64,000 nt of DNA from Thermoplasmata archaeon (GTDB lineage: Archaea > Thermoplasmatota > JASEFT01 > JBBABA01): NCBI GenBank assembly GCA_041657955.1, contig JBBABA010000006.1, positions 64,566 to 128,565 on the forward strand, read 5' to 3'. The notes beneath the pieces were generated by a model, which ran no database searches, was not told the DNA's origin, and saw nothing but the letters and a program-made list of their open reading frames with translations. This document shows positions 18,585 to 28,540 of this stretch, one piece after another. Both the position numbers and the translations under genes were made by a program. The first letter of the stretch is position 1, and every line of letters starts with the position of its first letter.

Positions 18585-19316
18585 ATGGAAGGGAAAGACG
18601 AAAAAACAGTAAAAATAGATACCCCATTCCAGAAATGGAAAAAAAGAGTCGCGGATGAAGTCAGATTGAGGATTGGCCAGGAGGGTGCTAGAAACATAGC
18701 CGCAAAATTTTTTATCGCTCCGATCTTGCTTTTCGCCGCAGTGTCGATTCTGTTCATATTGCTGGACTTTTCGACGTTCGGTATTTTAACGAGCTTCATG
18801 CTGCTTTATCTCTTCGCCCCTCTCGGAAAAGAGTCGCTGATTCCGGCGGCAATAACTATTGGCATAGCCCCGCTTGCGATCGCACTCGCACTGGCGTTTA
18901 TGGACATTATTGCAGCCTTATTCCTGCTATGGAATTACGATTTTGCAAAATTGTTTCCTCTAATGGGCCCCTGGATGATGAATTCAGAGAAAAAAGGCAG
19001 AGAGATACTCGAGAAGAGGAGATGGCTTAAAGGCGCCTCTTTTGTCGGTCTAATATTTTTTGGAATATTCCCGCTGCGCGGAACCGGCGGTGTAGGTTCC
19101 ACTGTTCTCGGAAGATTGATAGGCCTGGGTCCAAAAGCGGTTTTTGCGGCAATTTTTATACGCTCGATACTCGGAGCGTTGTTGTTAGCATATTTCTTTG
19201 ATTACTTTAAGGTAGTTCTCGGCAATGACATTTTTAAAATATTCTCGATAGTTCTGATTGTATTTTTCCTTCTCTGGTGGTCGTACGATTATTACCAGAC
19301 CAGGCAAACAGTTTAG
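18585..19316 (+). CDS. Putative small multidrug export family membrane protein
   Basis: PLGKESLIP and FPLRGTGGVGS motifs, multiple TM helices. Confidence 0.75.
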   Translation: MEGKDEKTVKIDTPFQKWKKRVADEVRLRIGQEGARNIAAKFFIAPILLFAAVSILFILLDFSTFGILTSFMLLYLFAPLGKESLIPAAITIGIAPLAIALALAFMDIIAALFLLWNYDFAKLFPLMGPWMMNSEKKGREILEKRRWLKGASFVGLIFFGIFPLRGTGGVGSTVLGRLIGLGPKAVFAAIFIRSILGALLLAYFFDYFKVVLGNDIFKIFSIVLIVFFLLWWSYDYYQTRQTV

Positions 19317-19324
19317 TGCAGGTT

Positions 19325-19807
19325 TTAGTGCAAATACTTGCTTGCCAGTTCTTTTGCTTTTTCAATGATTACCTCGTCTTTTACGTCACCGGTTTTTATG
19401 GCAAAAGATTCCAATACCTTGCCGCCGTCTGCTTCTATTTTGTTGGTCATTGTTTTTATGGCAACAGTGTAGTTATCTCCGCCCATGGTTGCAAAAAGAA
19501 TTACGTTCCTATTGCGGAAATTAACACTTGAAATAAAAGCATTTATCGCAGGCACTTGTTTCCTGCCCCATATAGGTGTTCCTAGGTATATCGCATCATA
19601 ATCGCTAATGTCAAAATTTATCGGCTTTATTTTGCTTTTCAAACCCATAGCCGCGCTAATGCCGCCAGTAAGATAAAGAAGAGGGGCAGCGGGCCTCTTA
19701 GAAACTTCCTCGATTTGTCTTATATCTCCGCCTAGCGTCTGAGCAATTGCCTCTGCGACTAGCTTAGTCTTACCAGTTAATGAATAGTATACTATCAATA
19801 CCCTCAT
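19325..19807 (-). CDS. Flavodoxin family protein
   Basis: YYSLTGKTK FMN-binding loop, GTPIW and FATMGG. Start reassigned to ATG 19807. Confidence 0.9.
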   Translation of the reverse strand: MRVLIVYYSLTGKTKLVAEAIAQTLGGDIRQIEEVSKRPAAPLLYLTGGISAAMGLKSKIKPINFDISDYDAIYLGTPIWGRKQVPAINAFISSVNFRNRNVILFATMGGDNYTVAIKTMTNKIEADGGKVLESFAIKTGDVKDEVIIEKAKELASKYLH

Positions 19808-19923
19808 TTTGATACCCCGCTTCCCTGATTTATGTTCTAATATAAAGATAATATGGTAACGAACGATTTTTTCGATACATTGTCTCAACTAAATTTTTAT
19901 AAATGATATACTATCTACTTTTC

Positions 19924-21924
19924 ATGAATTCAGTAAATAAGAAAAAATTATTAGCAGCAACATTAATATTCATCATTGTTTTTGCAGCGATAGGGTACTA
20001 TTTATTGATACCGCTGCCCCCAAAAATCGTGCCTACAATAGAACTTCCGCCAAGATATATGGTACTCGTAGATGAGCCGAAAACAGAAAGTGATTTTGCA
20101 TTTGCGGCTTCATTGTCTTCCCTGATTGTTCGAAACAACACATACAATCCGTTCTTTGTACTGGAAAACGGCACCCTGGACGATCACCAATTATGGACAA
20201 TAAACAATATGAAAGCCAAAGATGTGCCCAAATTGCTGTTTACAAATTCAGTAGATACGTTAAAGAATATTAAATCTAAAGTAACCAATGTAACGCGATA
20301 TCCGACTAACAGCGACGCGCTCCGTGCCTTTAAAGGTTTTAGTGGTGAGATAACTGTGGGTTCGTATAAAGAATCACTGTGGGCCTCGCCTGTTGCACAT
20401 AAACAAAACAAGATAATTACCATCGGAAAATCCACATATTCTTCTCAGGAACAGGTATGGAGCGAGCTTAAAAATTCGGGCACAAACGCCAATTATGTCG
20501 TTGTGACAAACCCCAAAGACAGTTCGGTTTCGAATTTCAATGCTAGTGATAAAAAATATCTGATAAAATCGCTTTCGCTGATTTCTGCGGAAATCGCAGC
20601 ATATCACGATGCTTATGTTTTAACCGATATTGCGAATAGCGCACAAAGTATGCCATCAATTGATTCTAAACTTAACGGCGCGGCACTTGGAGTATGGGCC
20701 AAACTAAAGGAAATTTACACAAAATATGGACACATCGAATATATCGCTATGGTCGGAAGCGCACCTGCAGTACCTCAATTCCAGCTTCCGGACTTAGAGA
20801 GCGGGGCGGAGGCAGACGGGTTAGTCAACAGTGACTCTGTTTATGGATTGCTAGATAATGATACATATACGATAGACGCTGCGGTTGGCAGAATAATCAA
20901 CTATAATGTAGCTGGTGCCTCTAACATGATGGTAAGAACTTATGCTTACAACGACATAACTGACAAAGTAGATGTGGAGTACACATACACGGGCAAAGAA
21001 ACAGTAACATGGAAGACAGATAGTTCCTCATGGAACGGTTACGAAGTTGCTGATAAGAGAATGCAGATGACGCCCGGTTTATGTTTCAAGGAAGATGCAA
21101 ACGACGAGGGATTTACCTGCGACTACATGCGCACAACTGGTAACGGTGGCTGGATTTCTGATGATGCGAAAAGAGAGACAAATTTTAAACCGATAATGGA
21201 GTCGAGCGGGCTCGTTGCGTATAGGGGGCACGGCAGCTGGCACGCGTCGTTGTATGTATGGAAATCGTCGGAAGAGTACAGTAGGGACCGTTTGGAGGGC
21301 ACCACTGTAAGAAACTATTTCCTACCTCCGCAGATAGGAATGTTTGCCGCCTGCGAGAATGCCAAAATACAAGGCACAAACTACGGAGGTACGGAGATAG
21401 ATATGGATGCGCTTTTCTGTACCAATTATTTATATGGCGGTGCAATCGGTTTGATAGGAGCTACTGAAGTTAGTTATAGCTATGTCGGCCAGGATATATA
21501 TGTACTGACTTCACCGATTACAGGAAACCCGGATTGGGACAAGAACAACGCAATCTACGCATTCTTCTGGGATGGCATATTAAATCATGAGGACAAATAC
21601 GGCACAATAGGAAAAGCGCTTCAATGGGCACAGAACAGATATATGGCAAAGCATCCAGGTACAACACCGATAAAGGATTTCAATACAGATGATTGGAAAC
21701 AGGTTTCAATGTATGTTGTCTATGGCGACCCAGCGTTTAAACCATATCAACCAAAACCACCTGGCGCGAATAATTACGATCCGTGGCACAACGAAGGGGA
21801 GAATATTAACGTAGATGCGATTTGGGACAATTTGAAAGATACTAATCTCGCTCACCAATACATTGATTTGCGGCGGCTTGATACGGAACGTGCATTTTTA
21901 AACCAGCAAGAGAATAAATACTGA
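19924..21924 (+). CDS. Membrane-anchored C25 (gingipain-like) cysteine peptidase
   Basis: N-terminal TM helix, AVGRI, YRGHGSW (His), AACENA (Cys), GAIGLIG and YGDPA. Confidence 0.82.
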   Translation: MNSVNKKKLLAATLIFIIVFAAIGYYLLIPLPPKIVPTIELPPRYMVLVDEPKTESDFAFAASLSSLIVRNNTYNPFFVLENGTLDDHQLWTINNMKAKDVPKLLFTNSVDTLKNIKSKVTNVTRYPTNSDALRAFKGFSGEITVGSYKESLWASPVAHKQNKIITIGKSTYSSQEQVWSELKNSGTNANYVVVTNPKDSSVSNFNASDKKYLIKSLSLISAEIAAYHDAYVLTDIANSAQSMPSIDSKLNGAALGVWAKLKEIYTKYGHIEYIAMVGSAPAVPQFQLPDLESGAEADGLVNSDSVYGLLDNDTYTIDAAVGRIINYNVAGASNMMVRTYAYNDITDKVDVEYTYTGKETVTWKTDSSSWNGYEVADKRMQMTPGLCFKEDANDEGFTCDYMRTTGNGGWISDDAKRETNFKPIMESSGLVAYRGHGSWHASLYVWKSSEEYSRDRLEGTTVRNYFLPPQIGMFAACENAKIQGTNYGGTEIDMDALFCTNYLYGGAIGLIGATEVSYSYVGQDIYVLTSPITGNPDWDKNNAIYAFFWDGILNHEDKYGTIGKALQWAQNRYMAKHPGTTPIKDFNTDDWKQVSMYVVYGDPAFKPYQPKPPGANNYDPWHNEGENINVDAIWDNLKDTNLAHQYIDLRRLDTERAFLNQQENKY

Positions 21925-21974
21925 AAGATATTGACAAACAGATTTACCTATAACATAACTAAAGGCGTAATCAT

Positions 21975-23657
21975 ATGAAAAGAGCGAAAAACATTTGGAA
22001 ATCGAAAGAAGGAGTATCTGCTGTGCTAGGGGTGATACTCATGGTGGCCATAACCGTAATGATGGGCGCCGTGCTTTATGTTTGGCTCGGTGGACTTATA
22101 ACCAATCAAGAAGAAGTTTCAGCCAGGATAACCGTTTCGCCGGTTATAGAAAGGCAGCCACATACAGATACAATCACCACAGTAACGGCCAAAGGCTGGA
22201 TAAGACAAACACAATCTGTTGCTCCTTCTTTGAGATGCGGTCATTCGTTGGTTTCTATATATAACCGCGCCGACGTTTTACTTTTTGGAGGCAGTAAGGA
22301 TACTGCATTGTATTTATACGACGATACGTGGCTGTATAATACAAGCACTGGCACCTGGGTAAATAAGAACCCAACAACGAGTCCATCCGCGAGAAGCAAT
22401 CACTCAATGGCGAATGTTTATGGCGATGATAAGATAGTTCTTTTCGGTGGGAACATAGAGACAGAATCAAGAAACGATGAAACATGGGTTTATGACCTAA
22501 GTGATAATACATGGACCAATAAAGCACCGGCGAGTGCGCCATCTGCAAGAAGCAATCACTCAATGGCGAATGTTTATGGCGATGATAAGATAGTTCTTTT
22601 CGGTGGGGATACGGAGACAGGGCTAAACGGTGAAACCTGGGTTTATGATGTCAGCGACAATACATGGACAAACAAGGCACCAGCGAGTGCGCCATCTGCA
22701 AGAAGCAATCACTCAATGGCGAATGTTTATGGCGATGATAAGATAGTTCTTTTCGGTGGGAACACAACAGATATCGGGCCAAACGGTGAAACCTGGGTTT
22801 ATGACGTCAGCGACAACATATGGACCAATAAGTCACCAGCGAGCGCGCCGTCTGCGAGGGGTGGGCATGCGATGGCAAGCGTCTATGATTACAACCAGAT
22901 CATACTGTTCGGTGGGAGCACAGAGATCGTGATAAGTGAAAATACAGTGACGATACCAAACGGTGAAACCTGGGTTTATGAGTTCAACGACAACTTCTGG
23001 ATCAATAGAACATCGAGCGGACCATCTGTGAGGAGCAATCATTCGATGGCAGGCATATATGGTAGCGACAAACTGGTTCTTTTCGGAGGAAATATAACCA
23101 CTGGACTTAGCGGGGAAACCTGGATCAATAACGTCCTCTCCGTTACATACCATGCTAGTGTGGACTACCAATTAACAATTGCATCTGTTACCGGTGAGGC
23201 GCCGCTCGATAAACTAAAATTTATGGTAACCACGCCCCAATATGAAAAGATCACAGAGGGAACAATAATAAATGCAATTTCTATAGGCTCCGCAAACACA
23301 ACGGCAGTAAAACATGGGGATATACTATGGTATGCTATCCCCGGCGGTGCTTCTATACCATCGGAGCCGTATGCAAGCGGCAAATACTGGCATTCCGTAA
23401 ACAGCAGCACAAACATTACCCTAAATGCATCTTACATAGAAAACGCTGCTTTCATTATACTCGATAAAGATGCAGACGGCAAACTCTCGCCTTACGATAG
23501 TATTAGAATTTATGCAGATATAGACAATTCGACGATAAACAAAAATTATGGAGCAGGTGAAACAGGTTCAGGTATAGAAGTCTATGAAAATTGCGTATTC
23601 AAGATATCAGTTATCAAAAATAACAACCAGATAGTGTCGTTGACGCTGCCCGTGTAG
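21975..23657 (+). CDS. Archaeal type IV pilin-like protein with an inserted Kelch beta-propeller
   Basis: Class III signal KEG/VSAVLGVILMVAITV, six PSxRxxHSM...LFGG...TW Kelch blades, and a pilin-like C-terminal domain. Confidence 0.88.
   Translation: MKRAKNIWKSKEGVSAVLGVILMVAITVMMGAVLYVWLGGLITNQEEVSARITVSPVIERQPHTDTITTVTAKGWIRQTQSVAPSLRCGHSLVSIYNRADVLLFGGSKDTALYLYDDTWLYNTSTGTWVNKNPTTSPSARSNHSMANVYGDDKIVLFGGNIETESRNDETWVYDLSDNTWTNKAPASAPSARSNHSMANVYGDDKIVLFGGDTETGLNGETWVYDVSDNTWTNKAPASAPSARSNHSMANVYGDDKIVLFGGNTTDIGPNGETWVYDVSDNIWTNKSPASAPSARGGHAMASVYDYNQIILFGGSTEIVISENTVTIPNGETWVYEFNDNFWINRTSSGPSVRSNHSMAGIYGSDKLVLFGGNITTGLSGETWINNVLSVTYHASVDYQLTIASVTGEAPLDKLKFMVTTPQYEKITEGTIINAISIGSANTTAVKHGDILWYAIPGGASIPSEPYASGKYWHSVNSSTNITLNASYIENAAFIILDKDADGKLSPYDSIRIYADIDNSTINKNYGAGETGSGIEVYENCVFKISVIKNNNQIVSLTLPV
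22380..22860 (+). repeat. Intragenic near-identical tandem repeats (Kelch blades)
   Basis: AGAAGCAATCACTCAATGGCGAATGTTTATGGCGATGATAAGATAGTTCTTTTCGGTGGG recurs at 22392, 22548 and 22701 (periods 156 and 153 bp). Confidence 0.9.
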
Positions 23658-23706
23658 AGAAAACTTTTGAATGCCTACAAAAAGATACGACCTTCAAATG
23701 CTCTGA

Positions 23707-25089
23707 TCACAACCGTCTCGGTGGGCACGGCGGTTCTGTGAGAAATCCCATAGAGACATACTTACACTCATACTGCCAATCACAATTAGAACATATTTTA
23801 CCAAGCAGTGTTCGTGAATTGAGCATTGTGTTTTCGTCTATTTGAATCAAAGAATCGCTATAAACAGAGCCGCTTTTCTTTTCCGGGAATTCGAGCAACT
23901 CAAATCCCTTTGGCACCTCATACAACTGCCCAAGTGCTGCTTCCCATGCATAAACATTTCTCAGCCCTTTCAATATCGGCCCCTGCCGGATTACCTTCGG
24001 TGCCTTGTTTAGAATGATCCCTATCAGTATTACAAAAAATACAGCACCGGCATACACCCACGTATATTTGCCCATTACCTCATATTTTTTGAGAAGCATC
24101 GGCATTATTTCTACGAAGTAACCTACCATCCACATTCCACACTCTACACCAGCGACTATCAACACCCATAGTGCTCTCTGATGCTTTGGCGCCCGGTATA
24201 TGAAATCCACTACCAATACATTGTATAAGATAAGGGCGATCCAAAAGTACAGTAGGAAACCATATCTAATTATTATTGGTGCAAGGAATGGTTTTAGGGC
24301 CCCGAAATATTTGTATTGGTATGCAAAACAAGGTGTAATCTGGAAGTATAACAAAAATAGCCACGCTGTGTATTCAGCACATATTGCAAATATCGTCCAT
24401 GGGACTCTGGTTTCTTTTGGTGCCCTAGTCAATGCGATTATTACCACTATCTGATAAATGATTGCATCAAATATTATCCAAGTCCATATTCCGAGCGGCT
24501 TATACTCATACGGCTTGAGCCACATTGGCGTTAATTGGTAGTTGTATGCGAGCAACCATATTGTGTAAATGACTCCGAGGGTAAGTAAAAACCACAGCCG
24601 TCCTTTGTGTTTGGATTGTCTAGATAAAATAACTCCCAAAAAAGCGGTGGCCAGTACATAATCTGGTATTAACCACGTAGCGATACCGAGAATCTCAAAA
24701 TCTTTTAGGAAATTTAACGGTTTTATGTACCCAAAAAAGTAAATCAAGAAGAATGCAAGATACGCGACGGTTGCTATAAAAAGAGCGACGAGAGTTTGTT
24801 TCCTTTTCTTGTTCGCCAGTATCGCATCTCGAACCCTCTCCTCCCTGGTCCGTGCTCTAGTCGTAGTTGTCGATGGTCCGGTAGTTGGCGGTCTAGTTGT
24901 TGGGGTTTCCTGTTTTTGTTGAACGTTTTCATCCAGTACCGGTTTAGGTTCTTCCTCTTTAACCGATTCCGTTGTTTCTGGTGTTGGTAGCGTCGTCTCT
25001 ACTCTCCTATCCACAATAGTAAACGCCTTTGGTTTTTCCTCGCTGCTCGGGTTTGTATTATACGAAGAAGATGAAGTATTTTCAACCAC
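23707..25089 (-). CDS. Polytopic membrane protein with internal repeats and a C-terminal Cys cluster
   Basis: Disordered Thr/Glu-rich N-terminus, about eight TM helices, C-terminal CSNCDWQYEC...PPC. Confidence 0.75.
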   Translation of the reverse strand: MVENTSSSSYNTNPSSEEKPKAFTIVDRRVETTLPTPETTESVKEEEPKPVLDENVQQKQETPTTRPPTTGPSTTTTRARTREERVRDAILANKKRKQTLVALFIATVAYLAFFLIYFFGYIKPLNFLKDFEILGIATWLIPDYVLATAFLGVILSRQSKHKGRLWFLLTLGVIYTIWLLAYNYQLTPMWLKPYEYKPLGIWTWIIFDAIIYQIVVIIALTRAPKETRVPWTIFAICAEYTAWLFLLYFQITPCFAYQYKYFGALKPFLAPIIIRYGFLLYFWIALILYNVLVVDFIYRAPKHQRALWVLIVAGVECGMWMVGYFVEIMPMLLKKYEVMGKYTWVYAGAVFFVILIGIILNKAPKVIRQGPILKGLRNVYAWEAALGQLYEVPKGFELLEFPEKKSGSVYSDSLIQIDENTMLNSRTLLGKICSNCDWQYECKYVSMGFLTEPPCPPRRL

Positions 25090-25127
25090 TGAAACTCACA
25101 CCGAAACCACATATAAATAAAACTATA

Positions 25128-26396
25128 TCAAGGCTTCTTTTTAAAGTAACCCTCGTCATAGAGTTGTTTCGATCGCTTCAACGCCTCGACTACTGGCATC
25201 TTCTTTCCAGCAAGGAAGCTTAGACATGCTCCGCCACCAGTGCTTACATGCCCTATACCCTTCGCTAGGTTTAATTTCTCGACTATAACACCAGTATGGC
25301 CGCCGCCCATTACAGAGTATCCTTTAGAGTTCGCTACGGCCTTGAAGAGCTCGTACGTTCCTGCAGAAAACGCATCGGTTTCAAACACACCTGCCGGGCC
25401 ATTGAGAATTGTTGTGCCCGCGCGTTTTATTTCATGTATGTATTCCGAGATAGTGTTCTTGCCTAGGTCGAATATTGGTTTATCTGTCGGGAGTTTAGAT
25501 ATGGGAATTTCTTTCCTCTGCTCATTGTCGTTCAAAGCCACATCTATGGGCATCAATATCTTTTCCTTGTAGCTTCCAAGGACTTCCTTTGTCATTGCAA
25601 CTGTCTCGTCGAAATCTCCCAATTCCTTTTTCATAAATTCTACATTGGGTTTGCCAATGTCAGTTCCATTTACATACATGAACATGTTTGCTACTACACC
25701 AGTAGTCAGTATTTTGTCTGCAATTCCATTCTTCAGCATGTTCAAAGCTACATCTACGGAGTCGTCTACTTTGGCACCACCCAAGATTGCGATTGTCGGC
25801 CTCTTTGCACCTTCCACTGCCTTGCCCAACATCGTTAGTTCTCGCTCCAGAAGCACGCCGGTAAGCATGGGAATTGTTTCACTGAAACCAGTAAGTGTTG
25901 GTTGAGACCTGTGCGCTGCCGCAAATGCATCGTTGACGAAATAATCCGCCAACGGCGAGAGTTTTTTCACAATGTGTGACTTTTTTTGGGTCTCGATAGG
26001 TTTGTCTGCCAAACTGATCTCTTCCGAATAAAATCTACAGTTTTCTAGAAGTATTATGTCCCCCTTCTTCATGCTCTTTATTGCGTCCCTTGCCTTGCTT
26101 CCGAACAAATCATCCACAAACTTGACCTTCCTCTTTACATGCTTCTCCAGTATCTTGGCATGCTCCTCGAGGCTTGTAAAGTCCTTTTTGCCAGGATTGC
26201 TTTGGTGTGCGATGACTGCCAGTTTTGTGTTTGACAATTTGTTTATCGTGTTTGTGCATTCCTGTATCCTGGTCTCGTCCAGAAATTTACCGGTTGCCGG
26301 GTCAATAGGTGAATTTATATCTACTCTTATCAGGACAGTTTTGTCCTCCAAATCAAAATCGTCTAGGGTTAGGAATTTTTTGGTCATAGAGATCAC
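25128..26396 (-). CDS. pgk: Phosphoglycerate kinase
   Basis: RVDINSP, NDAFAAAHR, LGGAKV, NGPAGVFE and HVSTGGGA. Confidence 0.97.
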   Translation of the reverse strand: MISMTKKFLTLDDFDLEDKTVLIRVDINSPIDPATGKFLDETRIQECTNTINKLSNTKLAVIAHQSNPGKKDFTSLEEHAKILEKHVKRKVKFVDDLFGSKARDAIKSMKKGDIILLENCRFYSEEISLADKPIETQKKSHIVKKLSPLADYFVNDAFAAAHRSQPTLTGFSETIPMLTGVLLERELTMLGKAVEGAKRPTIAILGGAKVDDSVDVALNMLKNGIADKILTTGVVANMFMYVNGTDIGKPNVEFMKKELGDFDETVAMTKEVLGSYKEKILMPIDVALNDNEQRKEIPISKLPTDKPIFDLGKNTISEYIHEIKRAGTTILNGPAGVFETDAFSAGTYELFKAVANSKGYSVMGGGHTGVIVEKLNLAKGIGHVSTGGGACLSFLAGKKMPVVEALKRSKQLYDEGYFKKKP

Positions 26397-26424
26397 TTGT
26401 CTAAAGGAATACGCTCATCTATAA

Positions 26425-27255
26425 TTATGTTTTTCGATTAACTTCAGAGTTCTTCATGAACATCGGGAAGCATCTTTTATCTTTCCTTGGATCGAAACCT
26501 TCAACCTCTTCCACATCGAGAGGCAAACATATCCGTGAGACCATCCCATGAAGCGAATATGGCAATCTGATCAATCGCATGTCACCTATCGTCACCCACT
26601 CGTCTATTGCATATCTCTTTCCTTTTTCTGATGCGATCTTTTCACGTTCTTTCCTAGTAAAAATGTATGCGCCCTCGTCCAAGACGTGAACGTGAAAACC
26701 TCTGCCAGAATAAACTATACGTAACCTGGAAAACTCGTTACTCAATTCGTCATACAAACGTTTTGTTTGTTTTTTTGCTTCGTTAAATTCATACATGCAG
26801 AAACCCAATCCCTGCTTCGCCTTCATTTTTTGTCCCAGACTGCCGTGATACGGGCAGGTTATGTTTTCGGGATCTATGTCAAAGACAAGTTCTTGCCCGA
26901 TAAAATTATCGTATGGACATTTCCAACAATTTTTATATGCTATTTTGCAGCTGCCGCAAATATCTAAATCTCTGCGGACTCCCCTATCGTAGTAAACGGC
27001 TTCTGGGAGATACTGGACAAAATATTCCGCAAGGTCCTTCACATCTTTGTAATCATCTATCACGACCGTATTTTTCCTAATTCCTTTGTACTCTTTCGGA
27101 TATATATTCGTGTGTCTTCCGATGATAAGTGCGAAAACTGTGTTCTTTTTCTGTCCAAGCCAATTTCTAACACCCTCGAGGTCGAACTCTTTCTCGTAAA
27201 ATTCTTTTCTCTCGTCTAAAGTCGAATATCTCATGCCGTGCGGCAGCCGGTACAT
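26425..27255 (-). CDS. Archaeo-eukaryotic primase small-subunit-like protein
   Basis: ELVFDID (motif I), VYSGRGFHVHV (motif II), ID..VT and RLIRLPYSLHG. Confidence 0.85.
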   Translation of the reverse strand: MYRLPHGMRYSTLDERKEFYEKEFDLEGVRNWLGQKKNTVFALIIGRHTNIYPKEYKGIRKNTVVIDDYKDVKDLAEYFVQYLPEAVYYDRGVRRDLDICGSCKIAYKNCWKCPYDNFIGQELVFDIDPENITCPYHGSLGQKMKAKQGLGFCMYEFNEAKKQTKRLYDELSNEFSRLRIVYSGRGFHVHVLDEGAYIFTRKEREKIASEKGKRYAIDEWVTIGDMRLIRLPYSLHGMVSRICLPLDVEEVEGFDPRKDKRCFPMFMKNSEVNRKT

Positions 27256-27352
27256 ACTATCTCCATTTCAACAAACTGACATAATGTACCGCTTCGTTCT
27301 TTTTAAGTGTTTCTTTTCAACATAATCTTTTCAAAAAAGACAAAAAAGATAA

Positions 27353-28339
27353 ATGACACCGATGCATACTCCGTTGGATTCTATGGACCCGACATTAGTG
27401 AAATTTCTCAACAAACAGCAATACCATATCGTCGGAGAACATTCCGGTGTCAAATTGTGCCATTGGATGCGCCAGAAATTGTTATACAATAGGCCCTGCT
27501 ACAAAGAGAGATTCTACGGCATCGCATCGCACCGCTGTCTCCAGATGACACCCACGATAAACCAGTGCACCAAAAGCTGCCTCTATTGCTGGCGGTTCCA
27601 GGGGTTTTCAGAAACAACACTAAAACGGTACGATGAACCTGAATTTATTTTAGATGAATGCCTAAAAAGCCAGAAAAAACTGGTATCTGGATTCAAAGGC
27701 GATGAACGGTGCAATCAAACATTTTGGGAAGAATCCAGGGAACCAAAACATGTAGCTATCTCACTTTCCGGCGAACCGACTTTATACCCCCAACTCGGAG
27801 AGTTTATTGGATTATGTAAAAAAAGAGGACTCACCACATTCTTAGTGACGAACGGTACAAACCCAAAAGCATTAGAAAATTTAGATACATTGCCGACACA
27901 ACTGTATGTTTCAGTGGATGCACCGAATGAGAAAATATATGAAAAATTGTGCTTTCCGCAGATTCCAAAGGCCTGGGAACTATTAAAGAAAACCTTGACT
28001 TTGCTACCATCGCTCGAAACTAGAACGGTAATCAGGCATACTCTCGTAGACGGCTGGAATATCGGAAATGAGAAGGATTATGCAAAATTGGACAAATTGG
28101 CAGATCCTATGTTCATAGAGCCGAAAGCATATGTGTTCGTAGGATATAGCAGAGAAAGAATGAATCTTTCCAATATGCCATCACACGAAACTGTAAAAAA
28201 ATTTGGAGAGAAAATCGGAGATATTCTTGGTTATAAATTGGTCGCAGAGGAAAAGGGAAGCAGGGTTGTGCTTTTGGCGAGGGATGAGAGGGCGGAGAAA
28301 GGCAGGAAAATAATCGAGAAACAACATAACACAAAATAG
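27353..28339 (+). CDS. tyw1: 4-demethylwyosine synthase (radical SAM)
   Basis: HSGVKLCHW, CYKERFYGIASHRCLQMTP, CTKSCLYCWR and SLSGEPTLY. Start may be 27362 or 27383. Confidence 0.95.
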   Translation: MTPMHTPLDSMDPTLVKFLNKQQYHIVGEHSGVKLCHWMRQKLLYNRPCYKERFYGIASHRCLQMTPTINQCTKSCLYCWRFQGFSETTLKRYDEPEFILDECLKSQKKLVSGFKGDERCNQTFWEESREPKHVAISLSGEPTLYPQLGEFIGLCKKRGLTTFLVTNGTNPKALENLDTLPTQLYVSVDAPNEKIYEKLCFPQIPKAWELLKKTLTLLPSLETRTVIRHTLVDGWNIGNEKDYAKLDKLADPMFIEPKAYVFVGYSRERMNLSNMPSHETVKKFGEKIGDILGYKLVAEEKGSRVVLLARDERAEKGRKIIEKQHNTK

Positions 28340-28540
28340 ATACTGTGTTTGTTTTTGTCTTAAGCATTTTAATTTCAAATAAGATTTCCTCTAATCATGA
28401 AAATGTTTATAGTGAGTAATCTATTATGGGTTCGTAGGGAGAGGAAAATAACAATTGATATCGATCTCTCTCCGAAGATATCGAAATACTGGGCACTATC
28501 ACAATGGTACCCTACAGAAATTAGAAAATTAGGTGATGAT

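Noticed and set aside
22380..22860. Possible DGR template/variable repeats or CRISPR-like array
   Set aside because: The repeats are in-frame Kelch blades, differences are not confined to adenines, and no reverse transcriptase or cas genes are present.
28397..28540. N-terminal extensions given by the ORF track (thiolase here; also 1453, 19888, 46343, 56570 and 59406)
   Set aside because: Downstream starts have RBSs or match the expected family N-termini, and the extensions overlap promoter-like DNA.
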